From contig CM119371.1 in assembly GCA_051294905.1 (NCBI GenBank), positions 994,001 through 1,058,000 on the forward strand: a DNA stretch of 64,000 nt, read 5' to 3'. Of the stretch, positions 11,559-25,768 are shown piece after piece. The translations under genes were made by a program, and so were the position numbers. Source of the DNA: Botryllus schlosseri (lineage: Eukaryota). How positions within the stretch are numbered: position 1 is the first letter of the stretch; each line of letters begins with the position of its first letter. Under the pieces are notes generated by a model. It made no database searches, was not told the DNA's origin, and saw only the letters and a program-made list of their open reading frames with translations.

Positions 11559-13115
11559 GGCATTAATAGCTTGGTACTGATCAGCTAGCGTAAGTAACAA
11601 TACTGGAAATATATATATATATTAACTGGCCTACATTTCGTAAAGAAGGTTTATGTACATCATGTTGTGACTATCAGTTCCAACTGATATGATGCATCTG
11701 ATAAATATGTTATAGATCAGCAGTTCTCAGCCGCCGAAATTGGACCGGTGTCAGTCGGTTTCAAGTTTCTTGCCGGTCTGCCAAATATATTACAATATCA
11801 CATATCAATTGAAAACGCACGAGGATGGTTCCTTGTCTAGAGAAATGAAACGTCAAATTTGCAATTGATCTAGAATTTAGGAATACGGAATCCGTGATGC
11901 TGTAATAGTGTGCATGGCAGTGGCCGCTCGTGACAATATCATGTGGTGGGGCAAGGGGTGTATATGCGATGTTTGTTGTCTAAATGACGTCACACTGGAT
12001 TATTCCGGCGTGAAAATGTGACTTCATGGTGGTCGCACACAGTTTGTATGGGGTATAGCCATTAGGCATGGTTAACTAGACTTACGTATTTCAAATTATT
12101 GGGAAGAAAATATGAATTACAGTAGTTATTACCTGCATATTTTAACGTTTGTACCAGTAGCCTAATGCGCGCGGGGTGATTTCATAGTTGCAAAATGTTC
12201 CTGATGAGATAATCTCGAATACCCAGAATGACACCGCTGAGAAGATATCTTTTCACATCCCGATTCTAAGAAAGGCCCCGGTGCGTGTTAATGTGCTGAA
12301 ACCACGCTCGGATTGTGCAGATAAAATCGGGGTGGAGAATATGGTATTGAAAAAGATAGTTACTGCAGCAAAGTTGATAGAAAGCGATTTTTTAACTATA
12401 GGAATTTTGAAAGTTCACTAGTGGTTACTACTTCGGAAAAAATGTATTGGAACATAAACTCGAGCAAAGCCATGCCGACCATCGGATTATATTGATCAAG
12501 ACACTGTTTGCAGTAGACCACATGCTTCAGATCACGATAACTTATTTCGTTTCAAGTAGAGGAACTGCCTCTGGTACCAGCACTGTAAACGTGTATAACA
12601 AGGCGTCATTATCCTCGCTCATACGTCAGTCATTCATTTTTATCGAAATATGTTAAGAAAAAAAGATAATAGTCCTAGTACCTTTTCCTCCCGCGTACGA
12701 TTAGATCAATGGACAATTTCTAGGCTGATAAGGACCGAGTCTATTTGCCTCTAATTATTGCTCTGAAAAGGAAACTGCACGAACGGCGTATGGATGAAAG
12801 AATCGCGCAATAATCTGTTAGAATGCAATCATTTTGCAACAGTTGACTCATGACACATTACTTTACGGGTACCGAGAGAAAGTTTTTTAACGAAGTTTTG
12901 CAAGAAACGTTGCCGGGTTCAAGCATGTGAATTATGTGGCATATAAGTTGGGAGAGTCGAGGTTACATTATTATATTAAATTTGGTAGAATTTTCTAATT
13001 TGAGAAGGTTGTTAAATAATGACCAGGAAAGTGTCCAATGGACGATTCGCATATGGAGAGAACTGCTACGAAACCCGACCGCCCTATGTTATCTTGTACA
13101 TATGAAATTGTATTT

Positions 13116-14037
13116 GGGGAGATGTGGTACCGATGGAACAAGAATTGCAAAATGATCTCTGACCCTCAAATCTTCAGCCTAAAATAGCGGATCTTTTTCT
13201 GTCTCAACACTTTGATATAAAACTCTACCTATCGCGGGCATTTACATGGATATCCTCCTTTTCGAAAATATTTATAAATGTTTAAAATTTATTGCTCGAA
13301 CTTATCATCGGTCCCCACCGGGTGGGCCCGATAGCACACGACCGTGGTACCTATGAGAAATACGCTCAAAACACAACTTTTTCAACATGCTTCAGCATGC
13401 CAATGAAGAATGTTTCGTCGTCACCTTAAAGAATAAATTAGATTATATCAATTCAAATACTGGGATAAAATCACGTTTTGATTTCTGCGGAAACTTTCAA
13501 AATTAATGCCACATACATATTACCGGAAAATCGACATTGTGACTTTCAAATACCTCGTAATAGCGGTAATACGCAACAGGTAACTATGATTTACAGCCTC
13601 TATATATGTAGGCGTATTTCTGTTGTTAAGTGATTAGTTGGTCCAACTATTTTGCTTCATTTGGCTATGGTACCATAGGTCCCCCACCCCATAAATGTTG
13701 TAATTGAATTGAAAATGGTCCAGTCGAGGATGGTATTGATTCAAAAGATAAGTGTCATTATATACCATATACTTCACATAAAAAGTTATTACGGGTTTGT
13801 TAGTATGGAAGCTGGTATAGAAAAATGTATATGTCCGTCCGAAATTACTTTACACCCCCTAAACGCAAATTATTTGCCACAGACCCCGTAACTCACTCAG
13901 GTCGAATTTTTTGTGCATGTGAGGAAAGATTCTGCCAGCAGGCCATTGTCAACAAGGGTCGCGTACTGTAATCATGGGATTGTCATGGATAATTTTTCAA
14001 GTATTTTCCCAGTGCCTCATCGGTACCACATCTCCCC
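13116..14037. mobile_element. Non-autonomous TIR element, Tc1/mariner/pogo-like
   Basis: 20-bp TIR GGGGAGATGTGGTACCGATG; TA on right flank only. Confidence 0.7.
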
Positions 14038-15055
14038 TACATGATATACCCTTATATATAACTTTAGTTTGTTAACGAACCTTCTTATGCCTTATTCGTT
14101 ATCTTCATCAGAGAATCACAAGTATTCCAACCTAGCCAAAACTCCCATCCTCGGCAAGTGCCGTGCCCGGCAAATGCCCGTCAGACTATATAAAATTTTA
14201 AGACTATATCGTATCTATTGTGTACTACAATTGCACGAAACTCAAAGATTGCGTTACATCGTTGGACTCAACTTCCTGTGCGACTATCGATTTAACATGT
14301 CCTTATTTCAGTATGTAGGATGAATGAGCTTGCAATTGCTACAGTAGTGACAGTAGCAGTACTGTACAGTACAGTAGTGACTGGTCGTTTTGCGAACTGG
14401 GCAATTTCATTGTATTAGTTTGCATTTGCTGCAAACATACGATGCGTCCTGGTAGCTCAACATTCTTCCAAAAATGGATCTTGCTGAACTGCAACACTGA
14501 GGATAATTCTTAATTGATACATAGATGGTACAGCGGGATGTTGTAAGCCATTCCCATTGCAGGCATTTGATAATGGTTATTATAGACACAATGCACGGGG
14601 ATCGGTTAAGTCAGTGGTTCCCAACCTGTGGTACGCGTACCACTGGTGGTACGCGAAGGTCTTCCAGGTGGTACGCGAGCAGATTCTGTTTTTTTTTTTT
14701 CGATCAAAGGGAGTTATTAACTCAGGCGAGGTTGATTTTTAGTTTTTGAAGCCGTCGTCTCCCGCTATTCCCCATAGCTGCTAATTTTCCCTTATAGGTG
14801 GGATTTTCATCCCTGATGATTATCAAGTCGAAGAAACTAAACCGACTTGTTGCGCCCATACATGACTTTCGATGCGCTGTAAGCAAACGTATGTCACGCA
14901 TCGACAAGCTAGTGGAAAATAAACAAATGCAGCCATCGCATTAAATAAATTGACTTATGTTGTGTGTTGGTATTTCATTACGCTGTTCTTCTTGTGACTG
15001 GTGGTGAAAAAACAATTCCATACATCCCATCAACCCTGGCGGATAATGCTTAGTT

Positions 15056-17091
15056 CAGGGGTGTCAAACTCAAATTGCATCGCGGGCCGGATCGAAGTCA
15101 TGAAATCGCTCGTGGCCAACCTGCGGCCGTAAGAGGGAATTGGTGTGGGCGTAGGCACGCAATTCAATTAGTATGTGTTAGCGGCCGCCGACATGAAATT
15201 TTAATTTAGGAATTGACTCCCGATTTCTTGAAAGATTTTCATCAATTTTGAGATTTTCTTCGCGTTGCGCGTGATTCAATGCGATTACATTTTTCAATTT
15301 TACTATAGTAGCACCCTTTGCAATCACAGCCCCACAATACAGCTGCGAACATCAGTGGGAAATGATGCGTCTCACATGGAAATATTGATCAACACGGAAT
15401 CGTGTGCTCCTCACTATGCTAACAATCGTGATGGGAGGTCAAGAAATAACAGCATGCTACAAAGTGACTAATACCAATTGGCCCACCCGAAGATGCATCA
15501 TAATTTATAACTTGCTTTAAATTTTCGAAAACACCCCTACATCAACTCTATACCAGTGAATCTGATCTCACGGGATGAGAAAGGATAAATGTTTGAGGGT
15601 AATATGTAAACCCAGTAATATAAATGACGAAATTCATTGGTGAATCTGAATTTTTTTCGCGCTTCGCGCGACTATGATGACTTCCTTCCTTAACATTTCC
15701 AGTGACCACTCACGATTTTGTGCGCATAGTAAGCCTATCATTAAATAGATTGTTCCGGAGTTCACCGGAAATGGACATAGGCACTTTAACCTGTGCATAT
15801 TTGGCGTCCATCAGCTCGTTCACTTCAACTATGCCCTGGAATGCGGCCGTAGGCTACACGAGTAGTCGAAATGCGGCCGTGAATTGCAAAAAAGGTTGGC
15901 CACCCTTGCTTTAGTCATAATTTGGCGTTAGCCCTGCGTATGGGTTGTGATGAATACAAGATATTTAACTGTCAACGTGGACGTTGTAATTTGGTTTATT
16001 ACTGTGGATGTGATTGATGATATAATCTTTTTTCAGTGTACTAAGAATCAGTGTTGGGATCAAGTCACTACCTTCGAGTCACGAGTCATTCCGAGTCATT
16101 GCACATTTTGACTCGAGTCAAGTCAAGTCAATCGATTTTCAAAGGTGACTAGAGTCAAGTCAAGTCACTCGATTTTTGGCGGTGACTCGAGTCAAGTCGA
16201 GTCAATTCAAGTCAAGTCACGAGTCAAGTCACATTTCAAGTCAAGTTGCCTTTTCGAAGTATGAGGCATGATTACGTCATTGCAATTTGCTAGCTGTCTG
16301 AAATACAGATTATGAGTGATGAATTGATCATTGATTCCGAACCAATGAACGAATATAGAGTGAAATATACCGGCAAGAAGGCGCTGTATCGCTCACATAC
16401 ACGTAGAACTGTTGAGTTACGTAAGTAATTGCATAGCCTTATAGTTTATATAGTTACCAGCCAAAATAGAGAATAGAGAAACGAATTGATAAGATGCAAT
16501 ACATATTACACATGGATATGATTAAATTCCAGCTGGCGATAATGGTTGAGGACAATATACACTATATTCGAATTCAATTTCAATAAAACAAGAGGTTCGG
16601 TAAAGGTAAGAACAGAGAACAGAAATAGATATTTTTCTATTTTACTACTTTACTACTAGAGTTTACGACAACGTAACTGTAAGCTTCGATCACTTCGTTT
16701 GCGATCCATTTATTTATGAGAGAACAGTCGAGGCTCAGTGAAACGCTCGATCATTGAATGATTGGTCGCTTTCAAGGGTTACACATGCGTTTCGTAAACA
16801 ATCCGAACATATGCAAGATACAGTGATTTTTATCGGCTCCGATTACTTGATGACTTGAAATTGACTCGTGAATTTTGCTCCGAGTCACGAGTCAAACCGC
16901 ATTTCTGATACGCCGAGTCAAGTCAAGTCAAGTCATTTTAGCAAAGTGACTCGAGTCAAGTCAAGTCATTCGAAAAAAGTGACTCGAGTCTGACTCGAGT
17001 CAAGTCATGACTCGAGTCATCCCAACACTGCTAAGAATTGCCATGCGGGCTGGATAAAATCGTCTGGCGGGCCGTATATTTGACATCCCTG
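15056..17091. mobile_element. Nested hAT MITE
   Basis: Termini caggggtgtcaaa / tttgacatccctg; TSD GCTTAGTT/GCTTAGAT (1 mismatch). Confidence 0.8.
16049..17030. mobile_element. hAT MITE with GACTCGAGTC/CAAGT subterminal arrays (abundant family)
   Basis: TIR CAGTGTTGGGAT; exact TSD CTAAGAAT. Confidence 0.92.
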
Positions 17092-17463
17092 GCTTAGATG
17101 GAATTTGTTAATACACCTCGCATAGATCAAATACGTGAGTATGACGTCATAAATGGTGGAAACGCGCGTGACTTATATAGGTGGTACGCGGGCACTGCAT
17201 AAAACCTCAAAATGGTTCGTGGGTGGAAAAAGGTTGGGAACCACTGGGTTAAGTGGTCTGACTAGCAATGAATATGTATAATATGCATTGTATATAGCAT
17301 TGGTCGCCAACTCAAACGGATCGCGGGCCACTTTTCAAAATAAGTAGCGGGCGCTGGTCGCATAAATTCAATATCGATATAAACTATAGGGAATTACGTT
17401 TTCAAATGCATTAACATATTTTATGCGTCACTCAATTAATCCAGGTTTTCCAACCTCAGAAAA

Positions 17464-17667
17464 ATGGTCATGAAACTACTTGTTCTGACCCGGTTTATAT
17501 TCATTAACGAGCGGACATTATTGACGATGAACATTTATAAGACAAGGCTGCGTTCCAATATAAATGATGTTCCCGTGCAGTCTTTGCTGAGGGTTTCTAC
17601 ATCCGACACGCAGCCAGAGATTAAAGAACTTGTTTACAACTTTGATCGACGACATATGTCTGATTGA
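17464..17667 (+). pseudogene. hAT transposase C-terminal remnant
   Basis: MNIYKTRLRSNINDVPVQSLLRVSTSDTQPEIKELV resembles the end of the GTF2IRD2/SPIN-like hAT dimerization domain. Confidence 0.65.
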
Positions 17668-18020
17668 CCTCAGCAGTTATTTTAGTAGGCTACACTACAT
17701 TGCTAAATTCATTAAATACTATTTTTGTCCCTTATGCTTTAAACGCGTCATTGACTCTGATTTATTTCCTGTATAAGTGAACGATTACGCGATTATGCGC
17801 GAGCGAGATAGATTATTATCGCATTTTCATTTTGTGATTTTTCGCATTTATTTCTCGTTAAAAAAAAAAATTGTCCCCGTCACCGTAAATGGCGGGTATT
17901 GTTCTATATATATGTCATGCATATGTATAAGGGGACCGAAGTCGCGATTATATTTATTTCATGTTGCATTTTCATTTCCATTGAAATTTGCAGAAATAAT
18001 ATATTACAAACAAAAAGTTA

Positions 18021-18255
18021 TGCGTCCGGCTTCTCGAGCGGTAGGTCGTGGGTTCGATCCCCGGCCGGGCCATACCGAAGACTCGAAAAATGGTATCCGC
18101 AGCTATCCTGCTAGGCGCTCAGCAATCACGGATAGCATGGAGGAGAAAAAAAAAACGGGGGCGCAGACTAGATGACCTCATGGGGCCGTATCGCAACTCC
18201 GTCGCCAAAGCATCTCGATGGTGCAGGCGAGAAAGAATATCATCTCTCTCTCTCT
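18021..18255 (+). mobile_element. tRNA-derived SINE, possibly MetaSINE-like core; second copy on minus strand ~31665-31892
   Basis: Pol III B box GGTTCGATCC, shared body ccgaagactcgaaaaatggtatccgcagctatcctgctaggcgctcagca, (CT)n tail. Confidence 0.75.
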
Positions 18256-19979
18256 TATGTATCGATTCTATAACCGTGACTTATCATCTCATTGAAAACC
18301 CGCCTTTACTACTTTAGCTGCCGTGTTTGCTGATAGGTGATGTCAGTCTCTCATCCTGTGAATGCTTAACTTTGACATACACTTTTTCAAATGTGCCGAA
18401 ATTTTAGAATGTTAAACCCAGTGGCGCAGCAGTCACTTGGCGGTTATGGCTCTGCGCCAGGGCCGACAGGCTAAAAGGGTGCGGCAAAATGAGACTGCAC
18501 AATGTACAAAGCCGGCCAAAAGCGGCGTATAATTGGTAGTAGGCCTACTATAGCTCGTGACCCGAGGGCTCAAATTCTCTAACGCACTGATTCCGAAAAC
18601 ACAAATTAAAATGTGAGCATGACGATGGAACCACTCCGAAATAGCCGTCAAGACCGATTGTTCCGGCAGAATAGTGATGTTGGGCACAGGCGAATAGCAT
18701 ATTTTGAAACAACAACAATAATAATATGACACCGAAATCAATTTTAGCATTTTAATACGCTTTACTTCACGTTCTTCCAAATTCACAGATCAGATCGCCG
18801 GCCGCATGTGGCCCGCGTCTAGGTGGCCCCTGATGAGTGCAAAGCGCGCGCCAAGCTTGATGTACAGTGCGTTACCTATTCTGATGGTTATTGGAACGCA
18901 CTGTGATTTAATATGAACTGAACTTAATTTTTGCCGTATTTTTTTTCTCATTCACAATTTCATGCAATTTTCGAGTGTTTTGCGAATTCAGTAATTCTAA
19001 TTCTAATCTAACTTGGAAAAAAATGTGTAGCTTTCAATCTAATTCTAATCTAATTTGGAAAAATTGTGTTGCTTGAATTCTAATTCCAATCTAATTTGGA
19101 AAAAACGCGGCGTCCTCCAAAACTAGTAAATTGGTCCGCAAGCACATTTGAGTTTGAGACCTCTGATCTAAGTCTGCTCCGCACAAAAAAGCAGGATTGA
19201 TGACCTTATTTTTTAGTCGTTTCTCACTATTGTCCAAGCGACCGCGCAGTGAGTTTGTGAGTGCGCACAGACACGTGAAAATAAGTGGGAACAGATGCTG
19301 GAACCCTCGAAATAATCGGTTCGGAAGCTATAGTGCGTATAGTTATAGATGATTGGTACAGAATGAATGTTCTGATGATGATGGTGACCGCCTACCGTAC
19401 AAATGCTGCAAGATGATGCAGTGCTGGTTGAAGATATTTTGGCCCGTATATGACAGGGGTTGGAAGGCTATTTCGTCAAGTAAGCTATGTTTAGGCCTCG
19501 TCGATATTTTCATCTCTGAGTATCAATCGACTATGGTGTTAAGGTGCGTGACGCCGTAGCTTAAAAACAATGAAAAACACGTTTTAAACAAGGCCTTGTT
19601 TTAAAAATGTTTGTTTTAAATTGATTTTTGTTTGAACACTACATAATTATATTACTCGTACGCTATCTCGCCACCGGTGGAACCAATACTGAAACTCACC
19701 CCATGACTCTATTGGACCATGAAATGGTTCGAACACGGCCACTAATAACCTTTTACACCGGAGGTGGTCAAAGTAGTCTGTTGACTGCCGTTCCTCTGCT
19801 CAGACGCAATGACAAAATCTCAAACTTTCCCTGTTTCATTATAGATAACTAGCATCCGTACGTTAGTCATCTGTAGTTTACTTCACCAGAAGACATTTTA
19901 CACCAAGACAAGAACCCTGAATAGTATTTTGGACACAATGGTGAAAGCTGATTATGTATCACAAACTGAATCACTGACA

Positions 19980-20660
19980 GTAAGCCTACCTCAGATATTA
20001 CTAGAAGCAGAGCATCAATATGGCGATGTCTTGTATATCTGCCATGTTCGCGCATTAGGTCGAGAAGCTATGCTTGCACGAGTGTATGAACTGAGAAATG
20101 AAATAGCAACTTTCCTTGAAAATACAAACATCGCCGACTCATAATCTTGTCATCGAAAATGGGTATCTGATATAGCTTTCGTAGTACATTTTACGTCACA
20201 ACTAAACAAATTGAATTTGCAACATCAGGAGGAAAGAACTAAATACATCAGATGTTGAGACGCATTTGAAACAAAACTGCGACTCTGGGAATGTCAACAG
20301 TACAAAGAAAATTTTGCTTACTTTCCTCTGGAGGAGAGTAAACCCAGTACCAGCACTATACTATACATTTTTAATGAGATGCAGTTGAATTGAATGACAA
20401 ATTTCATACAAAGAGCATATCGCTGAATGACTTTGACAAAGAGTACGTTCTTGAAATGGGTCTTCATCCCAGCTTGACCAACAATGCAAAAGAAATGGCA
20501 TCGACTTTTCTTTTCAACAATGAAATTCACAAAGAGCAAGCTAAGATCACGTATTCCAACGCCCATTTAGAATATGGTCTGATTTTTGCTTCATTTGACT
20601 CGTTACCAGAAGTTGAAAACCTTTCACAAAGCAAGCTGCGCCAAGTGTCACATTTATCCC
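19980..20660 (+). pseudogene. Decayed hAT transposase (Buster/SPIN-like); right TIR ends ~20843
   Basis: EHQYGDVLYICHVRALGREAMLARVYELRNEIATFLE matches the YGDLLYxxxVRWLSRG...LRxEI region; stops and frameshifts downstream. Confidence 0.8.
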
Positions 20661-21424
20661 GCGTTGTTGAAGTGTAAATACATGTACTTTGCTCTTTTTG
20701 TGATTTGTATGATTGAGATTACAGCATTGTAGGGTAATATACCGACGTGATCGATAAATATAGGATTAAGAAAAATTCCGGCACGCCAAAATGTCGTGCA
20801 CTCGAAATTTGGCCCGTGACTAGCAAAAGGTTGCCGACCCCTGCCTTAGGGGAGCCCCGAATATTCAACGAGTCACAAAATAAAAGTATACCACATCTGT
20901 GCGTGTTGTAATATAGGACTTCCGGTAAATCTACTCAGACATACTTGTACAAACTACCCATTTAGTCAGTTGATGGTGAACTAACTAACGGTTTCTGAGT
21001 AGATCTAGTTTTAGTTCTAGTTGTGGATTCTGAAAATTGACTAGTTCTAGTCGCAGATAATGAAATTCGGATAGTTCTTGTTCTAGTAGCGGATTTTTAA
21101 AATCAGCCAGTTCTAGTTATAGATGCCAGTTTTAAAAATTAGGTAGTTCTAGTTCTGGTTGCGCTTTTTGAACATTCAGTAGTCTGTACAACTCCGAGAA
21201 CTGACGGTAAATCGCGCGAAACACGAAAAAAATTGTTCAGTTGACCGCATCTTCGCAACCCCTTCAGATGTTTTCATGCCGCCAAAGACTGGCGCGTCGC
21301 CTAGTTCAAGTACGACTGTCCTAGTCCCAAGGTTTTCAAGCGCGGGCCGCTCATCTTGCTAAAGTAGAAAATTATTCAAGCACATTCATTACCAACTACT
21401 AATTTATGAAACCTAATGCACATC

Positions 21425-21547
21425 CTATCCACGTTCCTTTCTTGTTATGAAAGAGATATTGTGTACCGAAGCTGCTGCGATTTCGATTGAAGCTTTTCTA
21501 ATTCCAGGTATCTTCCCTGCTACGAGGCAAAAATACACCGTGTCAAC
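21425..21547 (-). pseudogene. Possible terminal exon remnant VDTVYFCLVAGKIPGIRKASIEIAAASVHNISFITRKERG*, weakly LRR-like
   Basis: Acceptor tttccag and a single open phase-0 frame to TAG; no linked upstream exon established. Confidence 0.25.
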
Positions 21548-23622
21548 CTGGAAACTGTGTTTATTTATACATAGGGAGATAGGAGGCAGTGTTGATATAT
21601 AAGACAATTAAACTACTGATAGATCGTCATCACGTAATTGCATTGTAGGTTAGGAAAGCAGACAGATGTGGCTAATAGCAATATATGATAGCTTCGTAAA
21701 CGTATATGAGAGATTTGTAATGGCTCGAGTCCTGAAAGTACTCGAGTCGAGAAATTTTAGTGACTAGACTTGACTCTGGTCAATTTCTGTAATCTGGAAT
21801 GTGACTCGACTCGGTTTGGGGCAATTTGTGTATTGACTCGACTTGTGCTCGAGTCATCGCGCCTGACTCGATCAAGTCATACAAGTCGCGACTAGGACGG
21901 CCAGACAGGAATTTCATTGTAACTTCGAAGAATAGTACGCAACCACATATTGCTAAGCCCTAAATATCAATCAAATGAAGTTGTAAAAACGTGAATTGAA
22001 CAGGATCAAGCTGGAAAATGAGCTGTGAACGCCACGACTCGGAGTCAGACTCCAGCCTCAACAAGGTGAATAGGACTTGAGCCTTCGAACTCTGGCCATG
22101 ACTCTGACATGACTCAGTGGTGAATTGAAAATGAATTGAATCGACTCAAATCCATTAATATAGAATTGACTACGGACCTTGTGACTTAGTTACAATCCCG
22201 TAGCTTACGGCCCAAGTGCGAAATTTATTGGAAGCGGCTTTATTCGAAAGCTATACTGCCGCGGCGCTGATTTCGAAACTCAAAATTATAATCTTGTCAG
22301 GGTACTGTAATATGCTCAAAATTACCCTAACATTGGTAGAAATCGACATGGTGTGGCAGCAACAAAATGATTATAAAATGACCTAATGTGTCGTTACAAA
22401 GCCCGAGTTTAAGATTTGTAATCAAGTCACAAGGTTCCGAGTCCCATGTCAATCTTACTTTTATAATTTTGACTCGAGTGAGTCATTTTCAATTCATCAT
22501 CGCGTCAGCTAGTCATGTTCAAACCAATTTTCTACAACTATGCTTTGGTGATATCGAAGGCTTCACATTCCTGATATGCTGATTTTCATCATTCCTAACA
22601 AGTTTTAGGCGATAATATTATATACGAGTACTTATAGACGAAGTACCAATAATATGGAACTTTACTATTTTCAAGTTGCAATGAAACGCCATTTCGGTCA
22701 TGTGACTTGGTAGAGTCAAATGAAATGACTCGAGTCATTTTCAGCATGTAAGAAATTGGCTCGGGTGAAGTGGAGTCAACCACAAATCGTGACTCTAGTT
22801 ATTTCAAGCTTCGTATGGTGTACAATCGTGCAGCCACGCACCGTGCATGTATCAGTAGGTTAGTTGTGCATAGCGTCGGTAGAAAAGGACAACTTCCAAA
22901 CCAGTCGCACTTGGAACCATTTTCCGCGGGCACCTTTTTCAATTACAATTTACTGGATAAGACGTGAGCGTATTTCGAAACGTGATCGTCAAACAATATG
23001 TGTCTGCCAATAGCGTCTTCCTTTTGATTTCCTGCCCTCTCCCACGAAGGCTGTCTATTCTTGCTTGCCTTTTGCTCTCAATAGTTTTTCGTGACTTTCC
23101 GCTCTTCGGACTCAACTGTTGAGTTTTCCGTTATGTTGCACTTCTGCCACAATCTTGCTCTTCTCGGTTTTGCATGATTCATGAACGCTGGCTGTCGTAC
23201 CGACTTTGCCTTGAAACGGAAGTATAGTCGCATCTGAGGAATATGTAGATCGAATATTTTTTCCCATTCTGCAATTCGGAGTTCTGCAACGTTCTGTCCT
23301 TTCATGTGAGCGACTTAATATTCCTATGACTTTGTCTTGAAACTTGGCAGTTTGGGTTGATGTAACATCGGTTTCATTCGACGAGTCGATTTCCTGTTCT
23401 TAGCTTCTGCTTTGAGAGAAATCTCGCTTTACGCTGTCCTTTGATTTCGAGAGCTTCCCTAAAAGGTAGGAATCGGTTGAATTTAGCGGGAAAAATTGTC
23501 CTCGTATCACAGTAACTTGATCTATTTTCTAAAACAGCACTAATTATTGAGCTAGGCATCTGAAATCAGTATTAACTCAACCAATTTGAATCAACTAGAG
23601 AAATGATTCGAATCCTTACCAA

Positions 23623-24336
23623 TAGGGTTGTGCAAAATGAAGTACGCGAGTGATTCGATACTGAATCACACATTAGGCTTCGCACGCAGTGGAGTATTCG
23701 AGTATCCCTCATTATGACGAAATACCAGCATGTAAGATGTCAAAGTTCATATATACCTTTTACGTTACTGCAAAGAATATCATGTCCGTACTTTGATAGT
23801 TTATCAACAATACTTATCTAATTGCACTTGATGACAATACAGTGGGTCGGTCATGACTTCAGAAATATGTTATTCTCAATATCATTCATAGCTTTTTACT
23901 GCATGTTCCGTAGGCTCCGATACGGCCAGTCGAGGTTTCAATGCTCCCACAGTAGAAATTACCGTCGAAACTGTAATTCTCATTAGTCAATTACATTTCA
24001 TAGGCAAGGAGTGTATAATATCAGCACTTTCAATACAATATCCATTGTAGAATAATATTTATTAACTCGAAGACTTTTCGGGTGCCTCTTTTCAAGAGTT
24101 ATCGGCACACTAAAGGGATTTAAACAGATTTAAAAGCAAAACCAAAAAGGCAAGGTATGACGCAACAATCAAAATCACAAACCATGAAATTCGCATTGTA
24201 CCAATGGTACTATAGTAGCAGCACAATTTGTAAATAAACAATAACACGCACTCCAAAAATTTCACTACTCGACTTGAATCATTATATATATTATTCGAAG
24301 CAGATTCGAGTATTCGTTTCATCGTGACCAGCCCTA
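23623..24336. mobile_element. hAT-like MITE with TAGGG termini
   Basis: tagggttg / cagcccta termini; TSD CTTACCAA/CTAACCAA. Confidence 0.6.
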
Positions 24337-25272
24337 CTAACCAATAGGTGTTCATTGCTCATTTATTAACTAAACTTATCATTGCGATCGTATTTCCACT
24401 GTGGAGGCCTTGGAACTTTCTTGTACATATAACAGTATACGAAAGCTGTTGTACAAAACTACGTTAGCAGAAATATCTGTAACCCCGCAGCATTTGCAAT
24501 GAAATAGGCATGGTCGACAAATATCACTTCATGTTTAATATGACGTAGACCCGGCATTATATTCTTTGTGGTTGCATGAAAGGTACGTATTTGCACTTTC
24601 CTTCCAAACCCCTATGATGACGTAAGTGATGGTACTTGACTCGACGCCTAATATCCGATTCATGGTCAAATCACTCAGGCACTCGATTATCACACTACCA
24701 ATGAACACTACAAGGAGATCGTCAGCGGTCATCAACTCTCACAAAACATCATGTTTCAATCATGAGCGGCAGTATCTGAAAATCTATTCGGGTGGCCAAC
24801 AAGTTCTAAATCACATTATTAAGAGCGCATTCTTTCGCATATTATTTCGGGCTTCACGGCGTTTAATATGATTGTCTGGTATGCAGACTTGTACAAGCTA
24901 CCAATCTAGTTAGTTGACGCCTGTGTGTAAATTAACGTCACGAAATATCAGCATCACTTGGAAGTTTTACCTGTTTTCCAATCACAATTTTGAAATTCTT
25001 CAGACCTCGCATCACTCATTTCGTGATAACTAAGCCACGTCGAACTTTTCATTGAGACAGAATAAGTTCCTGAAAATACAACGGCATCAGTTTATCGAAG
25101 TGCTCATAGAGTAAACGTGTAGGTCAATCGCAAAGAAAAGCTATACAGTCGAATTTTGGATATCAAACCATTCCATAAATACTGTATTATTGTGTAACAC
25201 AGGCATATAGGTGTCAAATTGTACTTTTTGACATCCAACCCACTGTCGAACTGTCAAGCAAGCAGTATATAA

Positions 25273-25617
25273 CAGTGGTTCCCAACCTTTTTCGACCCAT
25301 CGCCCCCTTTTCAAGGTCAACACCGATCATCGCCCCCCAAATTTTGTGCACCGATAATTGAGCATACAAACTGTAATCACCGGCGGGTTGAAAAAGGTCA
25401 TCTTTCTCCGCTCAGAGCTGAAAATAACGTTTTTTATCTCCGAATTGCTAGGTGGATGGCTAAAAAAAAAAAAAAGGTCAGCCGTTTTGACGCGTCATCG
25501 CCCCCCTATCGCCCCCTTCGCTATTTTCGCCCCCTTTGTCCATTTTCACCCCCCTATCGCCCCCTTCGTCATTTTCGCCCCCCTAGATCGCCAAATCGCC
25601 CACGTTGGGAACCACTG
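25273..25617. mobile_element. hAT MITE (family of 3066-3374, opposite orientation)
   Basis: TIR CAGTGGTTCCCAAC; TSD GTATATAA/CTGTATAA (2 mismatches); ATCGCCCCC repeats. Confidence 0.88.
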
Positions 25618-25768
25618 CTGTATAATGTCACTTTATATGCTGGACTTCTTTGTACCAATCTATTCTACCAAATTAAGTGTGACTATGAAACTGACACCAC
25701 CTTGTATGAGTTCATTGTTGAATGTTACTGCAGTAGTGCATGGATCATCATTGTTTCACTATAATTAC

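Larger units (their letters stand above)
14612..17246. mobile_element. hAT (Buster/Charlie) deletion derivative hosting nested insertions
   Basis: TIR CAGTGGTTCCCAACC; exact TSD GGTTAAGT; GGTACGCG repeats; transposase C-terminus remnant SRIDKLVENKQMQPSH* near 14894-14944 (+). Confidence 0.9.

Noticed and set aside
16049..17030. GACTCGAGTC/CAAGT arrays as a CRISPR array or satellite
   Set aside because: Irregular spacing, no unique spacers or cas genes; they are subterminal motifs bounded by TIRs and TSDs.
18030..18075. tRNA gene
   Set aside because: Only a B box with no complete cloverleaf, followed by a SINE body shared with the 31.8-kb copy.
22930..23559. Large exon or ORF cluster
   Set aside because: Acceptor present but all frames are interrupted and no domain is recognisable.
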